The translations under genes were made by a program, and so were the position numbers. A stretch of 64,000 bases of DNA from an uncultured delta proteobacterium. GTDB taxonomy: Bacteria > Desulfobacterota > Binatia > Bin18. Positions 43,235-54,392 of this stretch are shown here, piece by piece. The stretch's first letter is position 1. Each line of letters begins with the position of its first letter. The stretch spans positions 27,600-91,599 of the forward strand of contig CAVTCR010000003.1 of the NCBI GenBank assembly GCA_963733195.1, given 5' to 3'. Below the pieces are notes generated by a model, which was given only the letters and a program-made list of their open reading frames with translations, ran no database searches and had not been told where the DNA came from.

Positions 43235-43831
43235 TAGTAACAGTTTGTTATTTACAATATATTATGATTTTATTACTATCAGGAGTTTGCCGACGCTGCG
43301 TAATCTCAGGTCACGTTTATTTGGTGGGCCCTTTCTTTAGCTAAATCTAGAGAAACCCTGCTACACCAACCATCGGTGCCTTGCCGACAGCCTACACTCT
43401 GAGTAACACCCCACGAAGGTGAACAGGACAGAAGTACAGAACGCAGGAACTGCTACCAATATGGCCTCTCTTTACGCTCAGGCAATAAAGGTACCCCTGG
43501 TGGGAAGAAAAAGAGACCCAAAGACAGGAAGCAGTATTTGTGATCTGCAGGGAGTAGGGGGTTTTCGCTACACTTCTGTTGCTTTTTCCCAATGAGAAGA
43601 CGAGAGAAACTCAGCAGGGCCTCTGAGTGAACAGCATTTCGAATTTATCACTAAAAGTGACAATCTAGCAGCAGGATTCAGGGGCGCACGGGTATGAGGG
43701 GCGCGGGCGCACGCTTTGCACTACCGGTTGTGTGTACGAATATCAGGACACGGAACAAGAAAGCAGAGGAAGGAGAGAAGTGAAGGGTGGGAGTCCGGCA
43801 GCAAGGACGCATTCCCGGAGAGTCTTTAAAG

Positions 43832-43848
43832 TTGGCACAGGGAATGCT
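43832..43848 (+). promoter_or_regulatory. Putative sigma-54 promoter (TTGGCAC-N5-ATGCT) upstream of the yihY-like gene
   Basis: GG-N10-GC spacing with a perfect -24 box. Confidence 0.55.
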
Positions 43849-44062
43849 GACCTCGTGAAATGAATCTAGTGTACGTCAAGGGTAGTCTCTGAAGAGTCTT
43901 GGGCGTACGAGCGGAACATCGTCTGTATGGGCAGCTCACGGGTCTGGCCAACTACCTGAAAGCCGTCGATCTGCCCGGGCTCCTTCATACCACCCGCACG
44001 CTGGATCTTCAGACTCTTACTATTCTGGGCTAACGGCGGGCACTCGGAAGGAAAGGAATACG

Positions 44063-45035
44063 ATGAGTCTCTCAACCTTTTGGCAACTGTTAAAAGAGAC
44101 GTATGCGCAGTGGAGTGCAGCAAAACCTTTCCAGTTAGCCGCCGCCTTAGCTTACTACACCCTGTTCTCCTTAGCTCCTTTATTGTTGATTGCGATCGCG
44201 ATTGCAGGCTTGGTGTTTGGGCGTGAAACGACCGAACACCAGATCTTAATGACGTTTCAAGGGCTCATGGGTCCCCAAGGGGCCCAAGCGATTCAAGGAC
44301 TGCTCCATAGTGCTAGTACCCCAGAGTCTGGCATCCTGTCCACAGTGATTGGCATTGTCACGTTACTGATAGGCGCGGGGGGCGTCGTTGGCCAGCTCCA
44401 AGAGGCACTCAATACGATCTGGGAGGTAGAAGCCAAACCGGAAAGTGGAGTGTGGCGCTTGCTGCGCACGCGCTTTGTTTCATTCGCGATGGTGCTGGGA
44501 GTGGGCTTTCTCTTGCTGGTCTCATTGCTCATTAGTGCAGCACTGAGCGCGATGGTCCAGGTCGTGCGGGGCGCATTGCCTGGAGGCGAGGTCCTCTGGC
44601 ATGGGATAGAATTTGTGGTGTCGTTAGGGCTGATTACCCTGCTATTTGCACTGATCTATAAAGTTTTACCAGATGTAGAAATTGCCTGGCGGGACGTGGG
44701 GATTGGTGCAGCTATGACCGCAGTGCTGTTTACGGTAGGAAAATTCGCTGCTCGGGCTGTATCTGGGACGGAAGGGGATAACATCGCCCTATGGAGCAGC
44801 GGGCTCGCTCGTGCTCGTGCTGCTGTGGGTCTACTATTCCGGGCTGATCTTCTTCTTTGGGGCGGCGTTTACCAAGGTTTATGCCGCTACATATGGTGCA
44901 GGCGTACAGCCGGCAGCGCAGGCAATGCCCAAGGAAAAGTGGGTACCGTCACGACAGAAAAGAACTGAGCCCGGTCATGCCTCCCTTTCACGGCGCGACC
45001 AGAGCCGACAAAGGAACGGGGCTATGGGGGAATAG
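44063..45035 (+). CDS. YihY/BrkB family membrane protein (frameshift near 44750)
   Basis: AAALAYYTLFSLAP, ALNTIW, YKVLPD; YGAAGSLVLVLLWVYYS continues in a shifted frame. Confidence 0.85.
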
Positions 45036-45164
45036 AGAAGAGACAAAACCACACCATACTGTAGGTAACAAGTTAGGACTATCAACTGTGCGATGGAGCC
45101 CAGCTATTCTACTGTGGAGTAAGGTACACCCTTCACAATGAGATAACGTACTAGCCCTAGTTAG

Positions 45165-45503
45165 TTAATACCCCCAGAGGGGTCGTGGTGCACCGGGATA
45201 ATACCATAAACTCAAGTCGCCTCCATTGGGCTCGAGGGGTTGCCAGCGTAAACCACCCTTTTCCTCTTTGCGGCTGAGGTCGCTGAATTCTTCCTCGGTT
45301 CGGAACGCCCGCGGTGAAAAACATGGATTGTCTGCTGAGTCGGCACCCTGGGGTCGGTGATCCCATTCCTCACACTCTGCACTCGTTGTGCTAGGGTCAG
45401 ACGAAGAAGATGCAGCAAGGCCTGGCAATGTCATCGCGCCCAACATGGTGCAAAACAACCCACAGCTACTAATGAATAGTGTTGCAGTATGTAGTGTCTT
45501 CAT
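45165..45503 (-). CDS. Hypothetical exported protein
   Basis: Hydrophobic N-terminal signal-like stretch; lies downstream of a sigma-54-like promoter. Confidence 0.4.
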   Translation of the reverse strand: MKTLHTATLFISSCGLFCTMLGAMTLPGLAASSSSDPSTTSAECEEWDHRPQGADSADNPCFSPRAFRTEEEFSDLSRKEEKGGLRWQPLEPNGGDLSLWYYPGAPRPLWGY

Positions 45504-45516
45504 AAGACAAACAGAA

Positions 45517-45532
45517 TGCAAGATTGTTGCCA
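45517..45532 (-). promoter_or_regulatory. Putative sigma-54 promoter TGGCAACAATCTTGCA
   Basis: GG-N10-GC spacing with TTGCA -12 box on the minus strand. Confidence 0.55.
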
Positions 45533-45726
45533 CACTATATCAAGGTCTAAAATCTTTAAATGCCTCAGACATGGGTCAGGTGCGGAGAGGGATAACGCAC
45601 TCCGTGGGGTGTCGTCAAGGAGAAAGAAGTCTTATTTTCTAGCAAAAAAACAGACCTCTCCACTAGCAGACAACGCTTGACGGTCGACTGCGGACGGGCG
45701 CATAGTTGCTGCTACTGGAGGCACCT

Positions 45727-45954
45727 ATGCCTGTTATGTCACTGCTTGCCGCTTACCTTTTGTTCGCTGGTATCTCGCTGCCTGTCCTCGCTCTCTTGCT
45801 CTATCTCCACGATCCTCACAGTCCCGAGCTGCGCTCTGCTGCCGTGGTCATCTTTTTCTTGGGGGTCGTCTTACTGGCCGTTGCGTTGTTGTGGGTAGGA
45901 GATAAACCCGGCTACGAAGGCGACGTTCATCTCACCCATTCGCGCGTAGGCTGA
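45727..45954 (+). CDS. Small two-TM hypothetical protein
   Basis: ggagg RBS, ATG at 45727, two hydrophobic helices. Confidence 0.5.
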   Translation: MPVMSLLAAYLLFAGISLPVLALLLYLHDPHSPELRSAAVVIFFLGVVLLAVALLWVGDKPGYEGDVHLTHSRVG

Positions 45955-46346
45955 AGCTCGCTGGGGACACCAACAGAGGAACTGGAAGAGAGGGACTGAG
46001 TTTCATCCCTTGATGCCGCTCTCATTGCTACCCCGACCTGCACCGTATGTATCTTCCCATCTCTGTAAACCTTCCCATCACACTTCGGACGCACTAATGA
46101 CTTCCACACCCCCGCTTAGGTATCATTAGGTTTAACGGCTGTAGAATCGTCCCATCATCGAGCATGAGGTCTGCCGTAGTGGCACGCCTAGTGACTTTAT
46201 AGAGGCCTTCCTCGCAGGATGAACACGAAAGAATGGTACCCTGTGGAAAGACGATATCGAGGCCGCGAATTCCTGTCTCCTCACTCACCATCCGTCGCCC
46301 GATCTCTGCCACTGCGAACTGCCTAGTTCAATCCCAGCTCCGACGT

Positions 46347-46826
46347 TTACTTCAAGAGCGAACTTAGCTCTGTGCCAATACTCTCCGGGGTGTCCGCCGA
46401 CGCATAGCGCTTCAGCACCGCGCCGTCAGGACCAACCAGGAATTTGGTGAAGTTCCACTTGATGGCCTCCTCCCCCCGCGCCCCCTTCTGCTCGGCTTTG
46501 AGATGTTGGAAGAGCGGATGCGCGTCGGTCCCGTTGACGTTGAGCTTGGCAAACAACGGAAAGGTCACATGGTAGGTCGAGGAGCAGAAGCGCTGAATCT
46601 CCTGTTCATCCCCGGGCTCTTGGTGGCCGAACTGGTCGCACGGAAACCCCAGCACCGCGAATCCTCTGTCCTGATACTGCTCGTACAGCGCTTGGAGCCC
46701 GGCGTACTGCGGAGTATAGCCACATTGACTGGCGACGTTGACGACGAGGAGGGTCTTGCCGCGATACGCCTCCATCTTTTGGGGCTGTCCTTCGATAGTC
46801 GTGACTTCAATGTCGTAGATGCTCAT
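46347..46826 (-). CDS. Glutathione peroxidase (Cys type)
   Basis: VNVASQCGYTPQY, FPCDQFGHQEPG, IKWNFTKFL. Confidence 0.93.
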   Translation of the reverse strand: MSIYDIEVTTIEGQPQKMEAYRGKTLLVVNVASQCGYTPQYAGLQALYEQYQDRGFAVLGFPCDQFGHQEPGDEQEIQRFCSSTYHVTFPLFAKLNVNGTDAHPLFQHLKAEQKGARGEEAIKWNFTKFLVGPDGAVLKRYASADTPESIGTELSSLLK

Positions 46827-47568
46827 ATTCCCTTCCTTCTTCCACGTAACGCCTACCGCGTGAGGAGACAGCTCCTTGTCTGGCTGTCTCGCTCGCCTTA
46901 CGGGTGTTGTAGCCAACCATCGAATCACACACGGGCCAAAAAAGAAAGATTTGCTGGCGCCCGAGTTGAGCCAGCGGGGGCGCGGGTCGAGCAGTTTTAT
47001 GTAGTGCGCTCTTGTATCTGGCTGTTTACTCCAAGGCATTCCGGTACCGTGAACAATCGACCGTCGGATTGGTTGTCTTGAGCCGAAGACACTCTTTATA
47101 AGCAGAGAAGAGCGCGTCTTGGTTCTGTGGCAGCGGCGCTCCTACTTCAGGTCTCGGTTGGGAGACGGCCCGTGCGACTCCGGTGGCAGTGCTGAGAGCT
47201 GCCCGAGCGGCAAGCACATACAGGCAACCGGAGACAGCGGGACAACACACGATGATCACAGCACTCAGCAGTACGGGTGTTCGTGGCCAGTGCAGAGGGA
47301 GACATAGTGAGGGACTTGTTCTACGCATAGCAGGGATACTCTGAGGTCAGAAGTCCATTGTAACACACTTGAGGTGACGCACCTACGCTTCGCATCTTCG
47401 TCGTGGCTCCCTTCTCACTCATGATTCTCCACCTGCGCAGCCTTCGCGTTCTCCGTACCTCTAGACATCTTTCCATCAGCGCACCGCAACATGCGAACGA
47501 AGCAGGAGCGATATGCAGGGGCAACTCAAAAACAGACGTGCGCTAGTGGGTAATGCTATCCTGGTAAT

Positions 47569-47674
47569 GCGCAGCCTGAACGTGTTCTACGAAAAACCTG
47601 AGTAGCCAATATATTGTTCATCTGCGTTTTGGTGCCCACATTACTTGGACGCCCCCTACCCTTACTGGTTTCCC
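47569..47674. repeat. ~100-bp direct repeat, copy 1
   Basis: cagcctgaacgtgttctacgaaaaacctgagtagccaat...tctgcg...ttggtgcc...acttggac aligns with 49655-49760. Confidence 0.85.
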
Positions 47675-48401
47675 TCACTCCATCCCTGCCAACACCTCGG
47701 AGGCAGCCGCTCGCACCTGCGGGTCGCTGTCGTTGGAGGCTAGATGGGAAAGGATTCCTTCAACCTTTGGGTCTTCTGGGGCGCGCCCTGCTAAATGCGC
47801 TATCGCCTCTATACGTAGGGAAGGATCTGCCGTGCCCACGGCGGTCTGGATCAGGATCTCGAGCGGCATGGCGGCAAACTCCGCTTGCCTGTCCTCCGCT
47901 TCCTCGCTTTGGGAAGCGGAGTTCGGAGATAGGCAGCGGCGCCTTCACTGGCGAGGCTAGTGGGGGAGTGCGTTCGGCCTGGCTCCTGCCTATTCCCGAC
48001 AAGATCCAAACCTCGGTCAGCTTTACGCTGTTTTCCGTTGAGGTGTAGAAGAGCAAAAAGTTCATCTCCTTAAGAATTCGCCGCAACGCCTCAGGCAGGG
48101 GGAGAGCCGTAAACTCCACCGACACCGGCTTCTCTTCTGCTTGGCCGCTGAGCCATCGGACCCGCGCGCCGCTCACCCTGCTCATCTCCTCCATCACCTG
48201 CCGCAGCGGTGTAGCCACGACCTGGGCCGTGAGTCTCCCGTCCTGTAAGGTGATCTGCCCGGGTAAGGCCGCCGCTGCGGGACCAAGTGCGTATGCAGCC
48301 ACTATCGGCTGGGTGCTTAAGATCAAACTTATTGAGAGTTGGCGTAGCCACTGGCTCGAAGGCCGGAGAGATTGCTTTACCGTGAGTGATGAGCGTTTCA
48401 T
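47675..48401 (-). CDS. Exported protein with secretin/STN-like N-domain and C-terminal HEAT repeat (frameshifted)
   Basis: GRLTAQVVATPLRQVMEEMSRVSG...VSVEFTALPLPEALRRIL; LASNDSDPQVRAAASEVL. Confidence 0.6.
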
Positions 48402-48480
48402 CTTTATTACCCCGATTAAATGAAAGTCCGTGCCCCCTGTCGGGACACGGCGCGCCGTGTCCCGACAACTCACGCAATGG

Positions 48481-48989
48481 CTAACCTCGGTCATCGACGC
48501 AGATGACGTGCATCGAGGTGTTATCGACGTCCGTATTCACCTCACTGGCTGATACCCTCCGTCCCCAGACAACGGAAGGTCTGGTTGCTGCAGCCAGGTT
48601 TGGAATATAGCAGGTGCTCGCGACCACCAGCTGGTCGCTCTCATCGAGTCGTTGGCGACGTCTTGCGGAAAATCGAACTGGCGCACACAAGCATCTGCAG
48701 TGGAGGGTTAAAGCGCCGTTGTGTTGAACGCCGCGTAGTAGTAGTCTTGATCGCTCGCCTATCGTGCGGGTTATTCACCGTGGAGGTGCACGTCACCTCA
48801 CAGTGGAAGAGTCCAGCTGGGATTGTCACTACCGTGGTGAGCAAGATGTCCAGTTGTTAACGGCATTAATTTGGACACGGTCGCGGTTTTGTCGCCATCG
48901 ATAACGGGCTCTACCGCCAGAGCGGCGGACGGCACCATGGCGAGGTTCAGCAGTAGTAAGGATTTATAGAAGCTGTTTACGTATTTCAT
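48481..48989 (-). CDS. Small secreted Cys-containing beta-rich protein (several apparent frameshifts)
   Basis: gaggaaa RBS; signal peptide ending ALA; coding-like continuation in neighbouring frames to VICVDDRG*. Confidence 0.5.
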
Positions 48990-49123
48990 GGTGTTTTCCT
49001 CTCTTTTTGAGATTGTTTGTAGTGTTGAGTGTTTCCATAACGCGTTTGATTATGCCCCTTTAATCTGCCGCCACCGATTGCGCGTGGCGGCAGACCGGTT
49101 CCTGGCCTGTTGCGACTGGGTGC

Positions 49124-49559
49124 CTATTGGTTCTGCACCAGGACTGATTGGTTCCAGCTATGGCTGCTCCAGCGGCGTCATAGCAGTCCATAGAAACGGT
49201 ATACCCTTCACCGACCGCAGTGTTCTTATGGACAGTTACCAGGTAGTTACCCGCGCCCCCGATCCAAGGTGGCGAAGTGCAGAGGGGCCGCCGCCGTCCA
49301 CGGCGCTCACAGTAGCAGCGCTGCCGTTCGGGTTAATCACCTGTACACTGATCTGATTTCCGGCAGCGATAGCGTCATTCACGCTCGCCTTCACGCTAAC
49401 GGTTCCGATCGGACAGGTCATGCCATAGACATCCGTCGTACCCGCTGACGCCGCTCCCAGAAATCCGCCGAAGATATCCGCGTGGGCGGGCCCGATGCCA
49501 CTTAAACCGAGGACGAGCGAAGCTGTCGCAATCACACTTCTAAAGTTATGCTTTTTCAT
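49124..49559 (-). CDS. Small secreted Gly/Ala-rich beta-sandwich-like protein (frameshifted 3' half; end approximate)
   Basis: aggag RBS; signal peptide ending AHA; TDVYGMTC...GNYLVTVHK...YTVSMDC. Confidence 0.6.
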
Positions 49560-49654
49560 GATCTTCTCCTGTAGTCGTTAACCTTGTTAATGGGTGGTCG
49601 AAAAAGTACGCATGCTGAGCAAAGTCCGTCGTTGGGTTTTGCTCTCCGGATGCT

Positions 49655-49760
49655 GCTCAGCGTGAACGTGTTCCACGAAAAACCTGAGTATCCAATCTGT
49701 TGCACCTCTGCGGCTTGGTGCCTGCAGGACTTGGACACCCTTACCATTGTTCTTCCTCTC
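49655..49760. repeat. ~100-bp direct repeat, copy 2
   Basis: cagcgtgaacgtgttccacgaaaaacctgagtatccaat...tctgcg...ttggtgcc...acttggac. Confidence 0.85.
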
Positions 49761-49945
49761 CTTTCCGCGGGAAGGGTAAGCTTCGCCGCGCAATCTCACT
49801 CGCCGCCGAGGCTGGCCGCTCTCCCCGACTCAGTCGGTGTCGAGCGCTTCCACCTCAAGCGCGATGCAGTGAGCGTTGGATAAATTTGACAGTCCCTGCA
49901 GGGGTAATGTCTGGTAATAGAGGATGCAGGAAACAAGCGAAAAGT

Positions 49946-49974
49946 TGTGGGAAAGATGTGGGATTGTTGTGGGA
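49946..49974. promoter_or_regulatory. Three TGTGGGA direct repeats at 11-bp period (putative regulator binding site)
   Basis: TGTGGGA at 49946, 49957 and 49968 in a divergent intergenic region. Confidence 0.55.
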
Positions 49975-50221
49975 TTTGAAAGGAAGGGGTTGAAGACTAG
50001 GTTGCCAAGGGTTCCACGGACAGGCGTTAGGGGGTTCCGGTGTTTTTTCGAAAATTCAGGTTCTGTCAGGAACTGCCCCAACTTGTCTGTCGTGTTCCCA
50101 TTTGGTATCTGGCTCTTTTCCTAACGATAACTCTCCGTATATTCTTTCTCAGCTTCAATCTGCGAATTGCACCACAACCCAGTAATCTACCGTTGTTCAC
50201 CCAACCAGGAGTAGATTCATT

Positions 50222-50863
50222 TTGGGACATGAAGGAATACAGCAACGACAGGGCGGCCATTTCTCTCTGCTCCGCAGCTATCAGGTGGCGGACCTGCTTA
50301 CGCTCGCGAATGCGTGGGCCGGGATGGCCTCCATCCTGGCCATGATGAGTTATCTGCTGACCCCGGAGCCGTGGCGAGTACATCTGGCTTTCGGGCTTTT
50401 GCCGATGGCCTTGGGGTTTGATCTCGCCGATGGCTTCGTCGCCCGCCGGCGCCAGCGCTACTCTCTGTTTGGACAAGAATTGGATTCGCTGGCTGATGTC
50501 GTGAGCTTTGGAGTCGCCCCGGTCGTGATCGCCTATGGGTTGGGGATGCGCGGCGGTTGGGATGCCCTCAGCTTCCTCTTCTTTGTGGGGTGTGGCATCA
50601 GCCGCTTGGCCCGCTTTAATATCACCGCGGCTGAGCTTTCTGACGCTAAGGGAAAGGTCCGGTATTTTGAAGGGATGCCTATCCCTTCGAGCGTGTTGCT
50701 TGTCCTCATCCTCGCCGGCTGTTTCTACACGGGGAACATCGGCGAGAAGCTGCCGCTTGGGGTGGTGACGGTCGGCTCGGCCCACTGGCATCCGCTCTCC
50801 CTGCTCTATGTCGCCCATGGCTGTGCCATGACAAGCAAGACGCTGCGCATCCCGAAGCCATGA
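50222..50863 (+). CDS. pssA: CDP-diacylglycerol--serine O-phosphatidyltransferase (type II); start uncertain
   Basis: DLADGFVAR...GQELDSLADVVSFGVAP, RLARFN, YFEGMPIP. Confidence 0.85.
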   Translation: MGHEGIQQRQGGHFSLLRSYQVADLLTLANAWAGMASILAMMSYLLTPEPWRVHLAFGLLPMALGFDLADGFVARRRQRYSLFGQELDSLADVVSFGVAPVVIAYGLGMRGGWDALSFLFFVGCGISRLARFNITAAELSDAKGKVRYFEGMPIPSSVLLVLILAGCFYTGNIGEKLPLGVVTVGSAHWHPLSLLYVAHGCAMTSKTLRIPKP

Positions 50864-51094
50864 GTGACACTATTCGGTGTCGGTGAGCGGTTTAACGAAT
50901 TTCTGTGACGGAAATGATAGCTTTATAGAACTGGCCCAATGTTGCCGTCCCGCATCGATGCGCTACGAGTTGACAAGGCGGGGGAAACTTTGATTGAAAT
51001 GTGATTCCACCGAGATCGCTCCGCAGCTTCGCGAGTTGAATCTTAAATACCTGCTCTCAGCACGCGGTAAAGAACCGGGATTGAAGTAAGTGCT

Positions 51095-54000
51095 ATGGCA
51101 CGGCGAGGTCGGCAAACGCAGATGTCAGGGAAATCGACGAAAGGGACAATCCCGCCCGGGTTGACCCTGCGATACACACTCCAGGGACATAAGGACTTCA
51201 TTTCGCGCATTGCCTGGTCCCCGGATGGGCAATCCCTGGCTTCGGTATCATTCGACCGTACGATCAAACTGTGGGATACCGAAGGGGGAGAACTCCGGCA
51301 GACCCTTGAAGGGCACCCTCTGAATATTCATAGTGTGGCGTGGTCTCCAAATGGGCGCCTGCTCGCCTCCGGCTCTTGGGATAAAACCATCAAGGTGTGG
51401 GACGTCGAAACCGGGAAATTGCGCCGCACCCTGACTGGACACTCTGGCACTGTCTTCAGTGTGGCATGGTCTCCAGATGGGCGCCTGCTCGCCTCAGGCT
51501 CCTCCGACCGGACGGTTCGGCTCTGGGATCTCGAAAGTGGGCAACGGCGGTGGACGCTCGAAGGGCATGCCAACGCGGTGAATTGTGTCGCCTGGGCGCC
51601 AAACGGGCAGATTCTCGCGTCGGCGGCGAGCGACAACATGATCCGACTGTGGGACCCAGAGACAGGAAGACTGTTGCGCACTCTGAGAGGGCACTCTCGT
51701 TCAGTCCTGAGTGTGGTGTGGGCACCAGATGGAGTGCTGTTGGCCTCGGGATCGCACGAGACCTCCATTCGACTCTGGGAAGCTGAGACAGGACAAGAGG
51801 TCAACGTGTTGGAGGGGCACACTAGTGCAGTCCTGAGTGTGTCGTTCTCTGCTGATGGTCGTTTTCTGGCGTCAAAGTCGCGCGACAACACTGTCCGGCT
51901 CTGGCGAAGCGACACCTGGGAAGCGGCAGGACAACTCGACGAACCAGGTTCAACGCGATGGGTATCCGCTCTGACTTTCCACCCCCACGCCCCTGTCCTG
52001 GCAACGTTGGATGAAGGCCTATGGGTGCGCGGTTCCGGATATGAGGGAAGAGCGATCCGGATTTGGGATCTCGACCTTGGCACGCTCCTCGGGGCAGCCT
52101 CATCGTCGCAGACGGTCTACTACACAAATGCGAAGGTTGTGCTGGTGGGGGATAGTGGTGTCGGCAAATCCGGCTTGGGTCTCGTCTTGACCGGTCAGCC
52201 TTTCGTCCCGACTTTGTCTACGCATGGTCGTCACGTTTGGACATTCGATAGCCAAGAGGTCGAGATTGGGAACGGACGCAAAGAGACGCGGGAGACGTTG
52301 CTCTGGGACTTGGCCGGTCAGCCAGGCTACCGCCTCATTCATCAATTGCATTTGAATGAAGTTTCGGTTGTGTTGGTCGTGTTCGACGCTCGTAGTGAGA
52401 CCGATCCATTTGCTGGGGTTCGCCATTGGGAGCGCGCTCAACGGCAGGCACGGCGCGTTCAGGGCGACTCTCCGCTGCCACTGAAAAAATTCCTGGTTGC
52501 GGCGCGTGCCGACCGTGGCGGCATTAGTGCCAGTGCAGCACGTGTTGAGACGCTCGTCCGCGATTTGGGCTTTGACGGCTACTTCGAAACGAGTGCGAAA
52601 GAAGGCTGGAATATCGCGCCACTGGCCGCAGCAATCCGTGAGGGCATTGATTGGCACGTGATGCCCAGAGTCAGTTCGCCTATGCTGTTTCAGCACATCA
52701 AAACCTTTCTCCTGGACGAGAAAGCGTCGCGTCGGTTATTATCCACAACGGACGACTTGTTTCGCGCTTTTCTGCGAACCGTAGGTGCTGCGGGTGAGGC
52801 AGAAGAATTACGTACACAGTTCGAGACCTGCATTAGTCTGGTTGAAGCACGCGGCCTGATTCGTCGGCTCAGTTTCGGCAACCTCGTTCTGCTTCAGCCT
52901 GAACTGCTCGATGCGTACGCCTCCGCGATGGTAAACGCGGCGAAGGCTGAGCCAGATGGCTTGGGCAGCCTGGCTGAGGAAGACGCACTCGCGGGACGCT
53001 TTCGCATGCCCCAAGACGAGCGCCTCTCCAACAAAGAACAAGAGAGACTCCTGCTCATCGCGACGGTCGAAGAACTGCTGCGCCACGAGTTAGCTTTACG
53101 CGAGCCGGCTGATGATGGGCAGCACCTGATCTTTCCCTCCCAGTTTACCCGTGAATGGCCCGAAGCGCCTGACCCCGAAGGCAAGACCGTCATTTTTCGT
53201 TTCGAAGGACCGGTACTCAACACTTATAGCACTCTGGCTGTGCGCCTGTCGCGCAGCGGCATCTTTGCGAAACAGGAAATGTGGAAGAACGCGACCGTCT
53301 TGAGTGCGAGAGTAGGTGGCCGCTGTGGCCTGTGGTTGCGAGAGATAGAGGAAGGACGTGGCGAGTTGAGCCTGTTCTTCGACACCGCAGCGAGCGAGGA
53401 GACACGCTTTCAATTCGAAGAATATGTGTCTGCCCACTTGCTTCGGCGGGCATTGCCAGAGAGCATATCGCGCCAGCGTGTCTTTGTCTGTCCTAACGGA
53501 GAGTGTGCGACGCCGGTTACGGAGGTGCAAGAGCGCCGGCGACGCGAGCGCGGATTTAACTGGATCGACTGCAATGTGTGTGGCGCACGCGTTTTGCTGC
53601 TCGACCGCGAAGAACGTCTTGCCTCTGCGCATCCCACACGTGTAGCGGAAATGGACCGTGCTGCTGATACACGCCGGGACCTTGACGCTGGCTTTGTCTC
53701 CGCGGTCGCAGAGATGCGGACGCGAGGATTCATGAAATGGGCCGGATCTGTGAAGACGTACCGTCGCCCTGGTGTTCACGGATATTGTCGGATCGACCGC
53801 ACTCGGGAATGAGCTCGGAAACGAAGTGCTCAACGACCTGCTGCATACACATTTTAGCCATGGACGGCAGCTGATCGAAAAGTATGCGGGTCACGAAATT
53901 AGCGCTATCGGAGACGCATTTATGGTGGCGTTCCGGACAGCGGCTGAAGCACTCAATTTCGTCTTGGCGTTGCAAGCTGACACCGGCGACGACAGAGTGA

Positions 54001-54266
54001 CGATCCGGGCGGGCATCCATGTTGGGCCTGTGCACATTCAAGAAGAGGAGGCTTTTGGTACGACGGCAAACTATGCTGCTCGTGTGGTCAGAATGGCGGA
54101 AGGAGCCGAGATTTGGACGAGTGATCGCGCAAAGGCTGATGTCGACCTAGAGAAAGCGGAGGCCCATCGATTCTTGTCTTGGACGGAACATCCCGAGCGG
54201 GAGTTGAAGGGTTTTCCGGGCAGACACCGTCTCTGGTCTGTGACCACTCAGCTTGCTGGGACCTGA
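51095..54266 (+). CDS. WD40 - Roc GTPase - COR - Zn ribbon - class III nucleotide cyclase (one extra base near 53759 splits the ORF)
   Basis: Seven WD40 blades; GDSGVGKS, STHG, WDLAGQ, ARAD, TSAK; CPNGEC...CNVC; TVALVFTDIVGST, IGDAF, RAGIHVG, NYAARV. Confidence 0.82.
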
Positions 54267-54392
54267 CAAGGTACGGGACGGCTCTGGCCGCAAGTCGGCT
54301 ACCCACAAGAGACGCCAGGAGTCAGCCGCCCCGAGCAGCAGCCATTCTGTCGAGATGAACTTCCAGACTCCAACTCAGGGGAAAGCAGTGCC

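Noticed and set aside
45927-47524. Small ORFs flanking the glutathione peroxidase (46094-46312, 47026-47328, 47321-47524)
   Set aside because: No recognisable family and weak start signals; they may be real or decayed but cannot be supported.
51180-51920. ~126-bp periodic DNA similarity
   Set aside because: Fully explained by the WD40 protein repeats.
53740-53790. Programmed ribosomal frameshift between the Roco and cyclase domains
   Set aside because: No slippery heptamer or obvious stimulatory structure; similar indels occur throughout the window.
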